Notes under the pieces: model-generated
What the model saw: the letters and a program-made list of their open reading frames with translations, nothing else
Told to the model about the DNA's origin: nothing
Databases searched by the model: none
Translations under genes and position numbers: made by a program
Shown: positions 33,002 to 43,966 of the stretch, piece by piece
Position numbering within the stretch: the first letter of the stretch is position 1
Layout of the letters: each line of letters begins with the position of its first letter
DNA from: Amphiscolops sp. MND2022
Lineage: Eukaryota
NCBI GenBank assembly: GCA_964187785.1
Contig: OZ076413.1
Coordinates: forward strand, 50,160,001 to 50,224,000
Direction: 5' to 3'
DNA length: 64,000 nt

Positions 33002-34900
33002 TGTCGCGACCCCAGAGGCGTCACGGGACACATACAACGGGAGGAACGCCTGAAGAAGAGAGTGAGGAAATCAATCAGAACTGACCAGAATTACCATAAA
33101 CAAATCTAAAATAAAAAGGACAACAAACAGCTTGATATTATTTGAATAACACACAATCGTACATTCCCCTCCTCTGTGCTGTAGCTAAAATACATACATA
33201 TGTAAGTAATTAAATAATAATAGTGAATGCAGTATTTGTTTAGTCAACCTAGCCAGTGCGCTGACTGAAATTAATTCAATCAACGCGTTGACTGGGGATT
33301 CGCCTCAGCTGAAGTAGCAAATTTCATTAAGCCAATTCATATTGACCAATCAGATTCGAGCGCAGTTGTTACAAATTGAATAATTGAGTCAACGTCCCAG
33401 GCAACTTACCAGTCGACTGAAGCTGGGACGCTCGCTCAATCGCACTACCTGAGTACTCAAATTATAATTAATCGATGGTAATTTTCAAATGAGTTTGTCA
33501 CAGCTTAAAAGAAGCTAAGTACCAAAAGAACACCTAATAAACGCCAATCAACGATATTTGAAGTATCATAATATGTTTAATCCACTTTCCATCTGAGTCA
33601 ATCTCCCAGGCAAGGCGCTATTTTTCCTTAATGAAACAACAGCCTGGACAGATGATTGAAAATAGTTAATTGAAATGCAACTTCCAACCACCTAAATTGC
33701 AAAGCCGTCCTTGTTGATTATAATATATAATAATATTGTGATAAAATAACCCCCCCGTGCTAACATTCACCTTCACATGTATTGTTCTGTTCATGTATAA
33801 TTGAGTCAACCGCCTGGTCAACCGGCTAGGCTACTCGAAATGAAACATGTTACCTGGCGTTCATCCAGGATTTTTATTGTTCGGTTCAACTTAAAATGCC
33901 ATTTGACAGCCATAATTATCTGATTTAATGTAAATCAGTGCTGTTGATTTATTCATTTGAAGCTTTTCCCTTAATTTATTGGCAGTAAAATTTGGGATTA
34001 TTCGATGACAATTTCACTTTCCTTTCCCGCTTTAGTAGCTAGGTTCATGAATTTCAGTGCCGACTTTGGTTCGGCGTCTTGAATTGGCGGGAAGCTGAGA
34101 AGAAAGCGAAGCGGAATTGGGACTTCGGCAGGAAGTTGATTCCCACTTTTCCTTAAAAGTGAGATGACGCCGAGAGCCGAGTCCCGAGGATGTGGACCTG
34201 ATTCAAAGTTTCCCGCCTCGGAAGGACGCCGAGCTGAACAAGGTGTGAATTCACGCGCGGGATTTATTCCGCGTGTCTAGCATAAAGTATAAATACCTGA
34301 AGCGGGATAAGGAAAGGACCAGAAGTAATTTCATGATTGTACGAACTACTTTGATCGTCTTTTCAAGTATTGTTTTGTAATTCTCTACTTTTGATAATTG
34401 TTGATTTCACCCGTTTGTTGAAAACCATTCGTCCGTAATCTTTGAACTTTTGGATATTATTTCGTGATCAACCAGCGTTGCTTGGGAATAGTTTACCTAT
34501 AACTATTATGAAGAAAATACTCAATTCAATTTTCCAAGCAGGAATACTTTCTTGAAAATGCCCGAAAAGTCACAGAAAAGAAAGCTAAGGAGTGACCAAG
34601 GGACTAGCCAAGAGGAAATTGAGAATTGTAACGCCTCAAATGACGAAAGTGTTAGCCTCTCTGAACAAGATTTCGAAGATATCTCCAATAAAATAGAGAA
34701 TCGTCTGTCCAAGCGTTTAAGAGACACTGAATTCGGACAGAGAGAAATTCTGAGGTTGATCGAGAACTTAGCATCAAAAGTGGACAATCTGTCCAATTCT
34801 GTCTCAGAACAGTGTAGTTCTGCCGTACATTTCGAACTGGAAACGGACCCGATAGAAAATACAGGAAACGAAAGTATTAATAGGAACGCGAGTTCCAACA
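33002..34900 (+). mobile_element. Solo LTR (1,899 bp)
   Basis: TGTCGC...AACA ends, perfect 5-bp TSD TCGGT (32997-33001, 34901-34905), and an empty site in the duplicate copy. TATA box TATAAATA at ~34288. Confidence 0.9.
34558..34900 (+). other. ORF at the 3' end of the solo LTR, open to the LTR edge (probable Gag N-terminus)
   Basis: MPEKSQKRKLRS... basic start followed by an acidic, coiled-coil-like segment, with no stop before the LTR end. Same layout as the LTR at 525-2154. Confidence 0.55.
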
Positions 34901-35543
34901 TCGGTTGAGTTTTCATTGTTATTGATTGTTACTGATTACTTTTTTTGATTGCTATGATTGTTCATTGACTGCTCTTGTCTTTCTTGTAAATTTTGTTTTC
35001 GGAAAATTCAAAAATCTCGCAAGGGTCCCCCTTTAATTCTTTTCATATTTTGCAACCAACTGGGGTTTCACAAATCCCAAAGGGTTCCCCCTTTTACAAT
35101 TTTGAGCGTTAGATATAGCGCCGACTTTGGCCGTTCCCGGCTTGTTTCTGGTTTCCGTGGTACTTGGATGCTTCTTTGACTGCTTCGGACATGTTCGCGC
35201 ATGTGGGTTAAAAACGTTGGTTATTGAGAGCATCATGAATGAAAAAAACTGTTCGATACTGTTCAAGCATCTGATTCAAATGAAATTATTGAGTAACGAA
35301 AGGTTGAATACATGGACTGACATATATAAACGCATCTTCCGCAGACTTTAGCAAACTTTTAATAATTTTTAGTCGGCGCTTCATGAATTAAAACAAGACT
35401 TTTAAAGTGGCGCTTTGCCGTGTTTCTCTTTTTTCGACCCGGTCGAAGTGGCCATTTCGTTCCTAATGCGCTGAATTCAAAAAGGCCTCCTTGTTCACTT
35501 TGGGTCCCCCGTTTAGTTTCTTAACATTGGGATTTCTTAACAA

Positions 35544-35797
35544 GGGGATCATGGTGTAGTGGTTAGAGCATACGACCTGTAGTGGGGAGGTTTCAGGCTC
35601 GAATCTCTCTCAACTCACAATCTTTGGGCGTTCATTCCTAGCTTAGTGGTATCGTCATGACAAAAGAAAAGCATTTGGCAGAGAAAGTCATAATAAAAAG
35701 AGCAACGGTGAGCAGTCACGACTTTGTGACCTTGAGCAAGTCTTTTTGAAACCACAGCTTCAATTCGGTTGCCATTTGGTGGCAAATATGGTACCAT
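35544..35797 (+). mobile_element. tRNA-derived SINE-like repeat with a CORE-like motif
   Basis: A box TGGTGTAGTGG, B-box-like GGCTCGAATC, and TGTGACCTTGAGCAAGTC resembling the CORE-SINE motif. 3' end approximate. Confidence 0.55.
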
Positions 35798-36377
35798 AGC
35801 TTGCTGCTTATTCGGCGTCCACCCCGCGGAATTGGGGAAATTAACATTCTTATTTCGCTTATTGGGATTTCAAGCTATTTGTTGGTTCATTTTCGACACT
35901 GTGCGACTTCTCGACAAATTTGAAAGTTTTCAAAAGGTTCTCCCATTAGTTTTTGGCAATCATTCCAGTTAGCAAAAAGACTCTCAATGCCCAAAGGGTC
36001 CGGTCCCCCTTTAGATTTTTTTCGCACTGTTCGATATCTGAATTTTTGCAAAAACAGCCATTCAGTGTTTCCGAAGTTGAAAAAATCAAGCCCAATTGGA
36101 GATAGAGCATTAAGCTCATTTCATCGAGTCCAGTGTTTTAACATTGTAAGTGTAATATTTGTTAGAACTCATTCGTGGTCTTTCTACTGCGTCCTCATAA
36201 AGTTCGTCTGGAGTCTCACAAAATTGTCAGAAGCCGTGGACTCTTACAGCTCTAAATTATCTTAATGCCAATGAACAGTTTTCTGTTGTAACATTCATGT
36301 CAGTTATTCATGAATGTCAGTCATGAATGACAATACTCTTGTTTCAAAAACCAAATAATCACTCCACACAAGCACTC

Positions 36378-36787
36378 GGCTCTTTTCTGTTTTCCCCCCC
36401 ACCACCAAATTTTTTTTGGGAAATTAGTGAAAATCGTATAACCAAAAGAGTTGAATACAAACCAGAAAGCTTCAAATTTACATTTATTCTTAGTGTGACA
36501 GTTTAGGATTCAAATACAAACTTTGTTCACACTTTTTCAATATATAGTCACGCAATTTTGATGAAGAAATCAACAACTTCCTGTTTTGAGTCACAAATGA
36601 ACACTTAATACGAACATAATTATAGTCAAAAAGCGTGATCAATGTTTTGTTCTAGCAAAAAACTATGCCAATAGACGTTAACTTCCCATTATGAAAGAAG
36701 GTTTTTCTTTTAATTAGACTAGTCTGAAGTTTTTAAGGAAATTTACTTCCAAAATTTTGGTGGTGGGGGGAACAACAGAAAAGAGCC
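36378..36787. mobile_element. MITE (410 bp) with ~35-bp TIRs and 8-bp TSD
   Basis: TIR GGCTCTTTTCTGTT..CCCCCCACCACCAAA; TSD AAGCACTC on both sides. Confidence 0.9.
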
Positions 36788-39057
36788 AAGCACTCATTAT
36801 CATTATCCTCCTTAAGTACTGTGATTCTTATCCTAACAAATGAAATGTTGCTGGGTTGATAATTTTTAAGCTAGTAGGCTGGGGGGGGGGTGACAGAAAA
36901 GACCCGAAAGTTCAAATGTCACACTAATTGGTTTTTTAAAATGGATGTGAAACAGATTGACTTGCAAAGTTTCAATTATAAAATAAAGCCACTGTTTCAA
37001 TAACAAAATCGTTTTTGATTTTTCGACTGGTGGTTTTGTTTTGTTTTACTTTTTTTGTTTTGAAGAAATTGCTTTCGGCAATACAATTAGGGGGGGGAAT
37101 TACACCTGTACATTCCTAATTCGTTGAAAGAGATACTCTCAATAAGTTTTTACATATTCAATTGACACAAACGTCCTAGGAGAAAAAATTCTAATATTTT
37201 ACTCAGAATTACAGGATTTTTTTGTTTTGAAATCAAACCAAGAGTAACAAAAGTTATAACACTTGGCCTCATTTTGGCTTTTGGAGTTATACAAAATTTA
37301 TCATTCAATATGTCCAAACTCGCTGTTCATCACAAAAAATATTTTCGTAAAATTTTGTAGCTTTGATTCTTATATCTAACTTTTGACTTCAACGCTTTTC
37401 CTGGAAATGATGCTCTACTTAAGAACTTACACCACAATGTGATCCCAAATTGCAAAGGTTTCAACTGCTACTCTGTGAAAATATTGTTGCTGCGGAATCA
37501 CAACAGTTTTTGGCTGTTTTTCAGTAAAAGTGGTAATTATGAAACTTACAGAACAGCAGCAAGGCTACGAAATACTCAAAAGAGGTTTTTTTCTGTTTTT
37601 GAGATGATGCATTAAAAAATTTCAAATAACTCCAAGAATGAAAACCAAGGTGGAAAGACCTTTCAAAATTTCAATCCGACTCTCGAATGGACAAAAAAAT
37701 ACCGCTGTAATATTGATCAAAGTTTGAGAAACTTGCACTTGCGTCTTTTGGGAAAATGAATATATTAATAAGAGGTATTGCGCTCTCATTAGCCAAATCG
37801 AGTGTCTATAGCTATTTGGTACTCTATTGTTTATCGTACAAAAAATGTAAACAAAAAATAAGGACGGTGTATTAGTTTTTTACGTCTTTGAGAACGAAAG
37901 CCACGTGAGCAGAGCATCGAAGAGTCACCATTCTTGTCACTTATTTTCAAGGCGAGATCTCATTACTTTCAAAGATGTTGTTGCATGGATCAGGGGGATG
38001 AACGAACTCTGTTCAGTTTGAATTTTTTGCGAATCGTATATGCGTTTTTAGTCGGCGCATTTTAGTAGAAAATGTGCCCGACTCTTATAGTGGTTAGTTT
38101 TTTTAACTGGTATAAGGTCCACTTTTTTGTTCATTTGTTCAACAACTTGAACTACGACGGAGGTTCAAAACACTCGAACCTAAGAAGCGCGTCCAAAACG
38201 AAAAGAAAAAAAAACAAAACACGTCCAGAACCTCGAAAACACACTAAGGATACCCCCTTAGCCCCACTTTTTTTCGGTACTATGCGACTTTTTTCCGAAT
38301 TTTTCTTTGTTTCAACAAAGGCTCCCCCTTCAATTTTTGACATTTCCTCCGCTTCCAATTATTTCTTTTTCAGGTACGTTCTTTGTTTTTGTGCCCGAAG
38401 CCTGTCAGGTAAAATCGGTTGAGTTTTCATTGTTATCAATTGTTACTGATTACTTTTTTTGATTGCTATGATTGTTCATTGACTGCTCTTGTCTTTCTTG
38501 TAAATTTTGTTTTCGGAAAATTCAAAAATCTCGCAAGGGTCCCCCTTTAATTCTTTTCATATTTTGCAACCAACTGGGGTTTCACAAATCCCAAAGGGTT
38601 CCCCCTTTTACAATTTTGAGCGTTAGATATAGCGCCGACTTTGGCCGTTCCCGGCTTGTTTCTGGTTTCCGTGGTACTTCGATGCTTCTTTGACTGCTTC
38701 GGACATGTTCGCGCATGTGGGTTAAAAACGTTGGTTATTGAGAGCATCATGAATAAAAAAAACTGTTCGATACTGTTCAAGCATCTGATTCAAATGAAAT
38801 TATTGAGTAACGAAAGGTTGAATACATGGACTGACATATATAAACGCATCTTCCGCAGACTTTAGCAAACTTTTAATAATTTTTAGTCGGCGCTTCATGA
38901 ATTAAAACAAGACTTTTAAAGTGGCGTTTTGCCGTGTTTCTCTTTTTTCGACCCGGTCGAAGTGGCTATTTCGTTCCTAATGCGCTGAATTCAAAAAGGC
39001 CTCCTTGTTCACTTTGGGTCCCCCGTTTAGTTTCTTAACATTGGGATTTCTTAACAA

Positions 39058-39311
39058 GGGGATCATGGTGTAGTGGTTAGAGCATACGACCTGTAGTGGG
39101 GAGGTTTCAGGCTCGAATCTCTCTCAACTCACAATCTTTGGGCGTTCATTCCTAGCTTAGTGGTATCGTCATGACAAAAGAAAAGCATTTGGCAGAGAAA
39201 GTCATAATAAAAAGAGCAACGGTGAGCAGTCACGACTTTGTGACCTTGAGCAAGTCTTTTTGAAACCACAGCTTCAATTCGGTTGCCATTTGGTGGCAAA
39301 TATGGTACCAT
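39058..39311 (+). mobile_element. Duplicate copy of the SINE-like repeat
   Basis: Part of tandem copy B. Confidence 0.55.
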
Positions 39312-39891
39312 AGCTTGCTGCTTATTCGGCGTCCACCCCGCGGAATTGGGGAAATTAACATTCTTATTTCGCTTATTGGGATTTCAAGCTATTTGTTGGT
39401 TCATTTTCGACACTGTGCGACTTCTCGACAAATTTGAAAGTTTTCAAAAGGTTCTCCCATTAGTTTTTGGCAATCATTCCAGTTAGCAAAAAGACTCTCA
39501 ATGCCCAAAGGGTCCGGTCCCCCTTTAGATTTTTTTCGCACTGTTCGATATCTGAATTTTTGCAAAAACAGCCATTCAGTGTTTCCGAAGTTGAAAAAAT
39601 CAAGCCCAATTGGAGATAGAGCATTAAGCTCATTTCATCGAGTCCAGTGTTTTAACATTGTAAGTGTAATATTTGTTAGAACTCATTCGTGGTCTTTCTA
39701 CTGCGTCCTCATAAAGTTCGTCTGGAGTCTCACAAATTTATCAGAAGCCGTGGACTCTTACAGCTCTAAATTATCTTAATGCCAATGACTAGTTTTCTGT
39801 TGTGTCATTCATGTCAGTTATTCATGAATGTCAGTCATGAATGACAATACTCTTGTTTCAAAAACCAAATAATCACTCCACACAAGCACTC

Positions 39892-40301
39892 GGCTCTTTT
39901 CTGTTTTCCCCCCCACCACCAAATTTTTTTTGGGAAATTAGTGAAAATCGTATAACCAAAAGAGTTGAATACAAACCAGAAAGCTTCAAATTTACATTTA
40001 TTCTTAGTGTGACAGTTTAGGATTCAAATACAAACTTTGTTCACACTTTTTCAATATATAGTCACGCAATTTTGATGAAGAAATCAACAGCTTCCTGTTT
40101 TGAGTCACCAATGAACACTTAATACGAACATAATTATAGTCAAAAAGCGTGATCAATGTTTTGTTCTAGCAAAAAACTATGCCAATAGACGTTAACTTCC
40201 CATTATGAAAGAAGGTTTTACTTTTAATTAGACTAGTCTGAAGTTTTTAAGGAAATTTACTTCCAAAATTTTGGTGGTGGGGGGAAAAACAGAAAAGAGC
40301 C
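39892..40301. mobile_element. MITE, duplicate copy
   Basis: Same TIRs and TSD AAGCACTC, within tandem copy B. Confidence 0.9.
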
Positions 40302-41059
40302 AAGCACTCATTATCATTATCCTCCTTAAGTACTGTGATTCTTATCCTAACAAATGAAATGTTGCTGGGGGGATAATTTTTAAGCTAGTAGGCTGGGGGG
40401 GGGTGACAGAAAAGACCCGAAAGTTCAAATGTCACACTAATTGGTTTTTTAAAATGGATGTGAAACAGATTGACTTGCAAAGTTTCAATTATAAAATAAA
40501 GCCACTGTTTCAATAACAAAATCGTTTTTGATTTTTCGACTGGTGGTTTTGTTTTGTTTTACTTTTTTTGTTTTGAAGAAATTGCTTTCGGCAATACAAT
40601 TAGGGGGGGGGGGGGGAATTACACCTGTACATTCCTAATTCGTTGAAAGAGATACTTGAGATTTTTTAAGTTTTCGAAGTGTTAAAAACAATTGCTTGCA
40701 GCAAGAGCGCAAAAATGAGACAACTTTGAAAAAGTTACAGTCCGGCTGTAATGTTACAACTATATTCTTATTACTACTATGGTTCTAAGCATATGGTTCT
40801 GAGCAAAAATGGGAGATTACTTTGTGCACAGTGCTATCCTAAATGAAACATTTGTTGGCAACTTGACCATTTTGGTCACACATATTTTCATTTTTGGCGC
40901 AAATTACATTCACAACGATTTTCATTCACATCTTAGTCTCAATGCAAATGATTCATTCTGTAAATGATACCTAACTAAGGCAGTTGTTAGAAGAATTTGA
41001 ACCAAGTCAGCTGTAACTTTGAATTCGAGCAGAGAAGCTTAGCAGAGAACTACTTAAAA

Positions 41060-42394
41060 ATGGAACTGAAATCCTTTCTTGCTATCTCTCTAGCTCTAGC
41101 AGTCTTTGCAGTGGGCCTAGAGATTGAGGGAGAAGATATCAGAAGTCGTTTCAGTTTGAAAGTTAGTCGAACTTTCAAGTCTATATTAGTGATTTTCGCT
41201 TTTGGCCCTTTTTCTCACGCGTTCTATAAACTCAAATTTTACGAAGTTTTTTGTGGTGAAAGTACTTTCCAACAATTCCTAAAACACTCTATTTCACATT
41301 TTGTTGACGTTACACTCTCGTACAATCAACTAATTTGTCAATTTAAAAATATTTTAGCATAATTTCAAGCTTGTGGTAAAAGATGGGGCTAAAGGGAAAA
41401 GTTTCGCACTTTTTTAACTGTAATTTTTCAAATAATGGGTTGAATATTAACAATTTCTTTCAAAAAACGAGTGTCCCCCACCATCAAAATCTTTCACAGA
41501 AAATTTCTAAAACTATTGCAGACTCGCCTTCTTAAAACAATCTTTTCCACAAAACAAAATTTTGAACAAAACATTTTTCACATATCTTGACTGGTTATGC
41601 TCGATTTCATTGTTGTTGGTGACTCAAATTAACAACCTGTTGATTTAAATCTATCAAGAATGCGTAACTTCACAGCTGTGAAGGGAAAAACACTAACAAA
41701 GTTTGTATTTGGATTCCAATCTGTCATCCTGAAAACGAATATAAAATAGAATGTTTCTAGTTAGCTTTCAAGTCTTTATGTTTTCATATTTTCACATTAT
41801 TCCAAAAAAAGTTTGGCGTGGTGGATGCAAACAGAAATCCTAAATCTTTAAACTGAAATAAGTATCTTTTGGAAATATCAAGATAAGGAAAGAAAAATTG
41901 ACAAGATTTGTGAACGATATTAGTTATGCCTTTTCAGAAAGTTTGGACCATTGTTTTTGAACCATAGTTTGGACCATAGTTCGTGTACATTTTCGTTTAG
42001 ATCTTTTTTTTAAAAAAAAACCAAAAGTATAAAATATAACAAAGGGGTTTTCTGCAAGATCTATAGCGCCCTGTCCAGTTTTTCTTGAACCTGCAAATCT
42101 TCAGTTCCGAAAAATGTTTCCTTTCAGAGTGTTGAAACTAAATGCAAAACATGTGGCATGATCTGGGAGTCAGTCGACGATTGGCTCCACGAAAAAAGAC
42201 TTCCTAGTGATCAAGATCAAGAAATCGAGCGTGAATGCTATCAAGAATTTTATGGGAATGCTAATGACTCATCCAAATGCATAAAGTTAATCAGCCTATT
42301 TGTCAATGAGGTCTACAAACAAGTGCCCATGGCTATCGTTGACCAATACATGATCTCATGCGACGACGTTAATCATGAATGCAACAAAGACTGA
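41060..42394 (+). CDS. Secreted saposin-like protein (SAPLIP), 122 aa; exons 41060-41161 and 42128-42394
   Basis: Signal peptide MELKSFLAISLALAVFAVG. Phase-0 intron GTTAGT...CCTTTCAG. Six Cys in saposin spacing (CKTC...C...C...CDDVNHEC). AATAAA at ~42575. Confidence 0.82.
41470..41840 (-). mobile_element. Old, diverged, inverted copy of the same MITE family inside the saposin-gene intron
   Basis: Reverse-complement similarity to the 36378-36787 interior; eroded TIRs (CCCCCACCATCAAAA ... TTTGGCGTGGTGG). Boundaries approximate. Confidence 0.6.
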
Positions 42395-42669
42395 TGCATG
42401 AATGTTGCAGTCATGAGGCCGCCATTAATGGAGGCAAATTTGTTCGAGAAGAAACTTTGCTGGTACGACGAACTGTCAGTGCTTAGATTGGATGCATACT
42501 TGTAATATCACTCGAAAATCCATGGAAATGAATTCTTCGGAGAAAATAGTTTTCATGGCGCTGTTAAGTGAAGAAATAAAAAAAATGATCTGAAATACAA
42601 AATTAGCATAACGTAGTCACCGCTACAAAACTGAAAACATTACACATTTGCTTCGTATGAAGATAAGTT

Positions 42670-43082
42670 GGCTCTTTTCTGTTTCCCCCCCCCACCACCA
42701 AATTTTTTTTTGATAAATTAGTGAAAATCTTATAACAAAATGTTTCGAATACAAACCAGAAAGCTTCAATTTTACATTTATTCTCAGTGTGACAATTTAG
42801 AATTCAGATATAAACTTTGTTTACACTTTTTCAATATGTAGTCATGCATTTTGGATGAAGAAATCAACAACTTCCTGTTTTGAGTCATCGAAAAACACTT
42901 AATACGAGCATAAGTATAGTCAAAATGCGTGAACAATGGTTTGTTCAAGCAAAAAATGTCCAATAGACGTTAACTTCCCGTAATGAAAGAAGGTTTTATA
43001 CTTTTAAAAAATCTGGTATAAAGTTTTTAAGGAAATTTACTTCCAAAAATTTTGGTGGTGGGGGGGAAAACAGAAAAGAGCC
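42670..43082. mobile_element. MITE (413 bp), independent insertion of the same family
   Basis: Same TIRs with a different 8-bp TSD, GATAAGTT (42662-69, 43083-90). Confidence 0.92.
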
Positions 43083-43182
43083 GATAAGTTTTCATAGTCT
43101 GAGCGAAAAACATTCTGAAGTTATGGATTGCTGCTGTCAACTAGCAAGCTTTCAAAAGCTACTCAAATGCTTCTTAGCCGTT

Positions 43183-43388
43183 CCCTAGTCGAACTTCCAT
43201 ATATATTTTGCAAGAAACTGTCACAGATTTCATTTCCAAGACCTTGCACCTTGGAAGAAATTGCATTGTTCTTGCAGGTATCGTAGAAAATTTTGAGAGA
43301 AAATGACCGACCTTGCAAGATTTAGCAATAAAATTCTGAATCTTGGAAGTACTTTGGAAGAAAATGCCTGATCCTGGAAGTAACTGGG
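43183..43388. repeat. Interspersed non-autonomous repeat rich in CTTGCAAG-like motifs; related copy at ~57955-58173
   Basis: Terminus CCCTAGTCGAAC at 43183 is the reverse complement of GTTCGACTAGGG at 58162-58173, and the internal motifs are shared. Confidence 0.45.
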
Positions 43389-43966
43389 AAAATGAGTTTA
43401 AAATATTTCAATTGAATTATTTTCACAGCATCAGCAAAGCAAACTGTTGTATACTATTGTAAGGATAAAAAAGAGAATAGATAGCTTGTAATAATGTATT
43501 GTTTATCGTAGCTCAATTTCAATTTAACCGAGTGTGTGTTAAGATATACAAGAATTTAGGACTAACATAACTGTTGACAGGTACTTAGCTGTCACGTAAG
43601 ATCAATTGACCTTTAACGGTCTAACCTGAATCTTTGACATCATGTCACATTCCGCCCCCTGCATGTGGGTGGTAAGTATATAAATAATTTACATTACTGG
43701 TTTACTAATTTACATATCACACGTAATGGTAAAAGTAAGTCAAATGTTGCTGGTGTTTTAAGTTCTTCTTGTTTCATCGGCTTCTTCTTGCTTGTTATTG
43801 GCTGGTCAGTTTTGCAATAGTATTCTTTTCCGTTCGTCCGGAGTTATTCCTTTGACTGGTCTTTCTGGCTGTTCCACTTGCCGACTATGTTTCCTCTAAT
43901 GATCAATGTGTTATTGGGTTACAAACGCAATATAGGGTTTGTTTTTGTTCTCGTTGATTTTCGTAT

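Larger units (their letters stand above)
31719..37136 (+). repeat. Tandem duplication, copy A (3.5-kb unit plus solo-LTR insertion)
   Basis: Near-identical to 37137-40656 apart from the insertion at 33002-34900. Confidence 0.95.
37137..40656 (+). repeat. Tandem duplication, copy B
   Basis: Head-to-tail junction ...GAGATAC/TCTCAATAAG.... Carries the empty TCGGT site at 38415-38419. Confidence 0.95.

Noticed and set aside
32654..39779. Pairs of short identical ORFs (e.g. 32654/38072, 35987/39501)
   Set aside because: They recur only because of the tandem duplication; low-complexity and without protein motifs.
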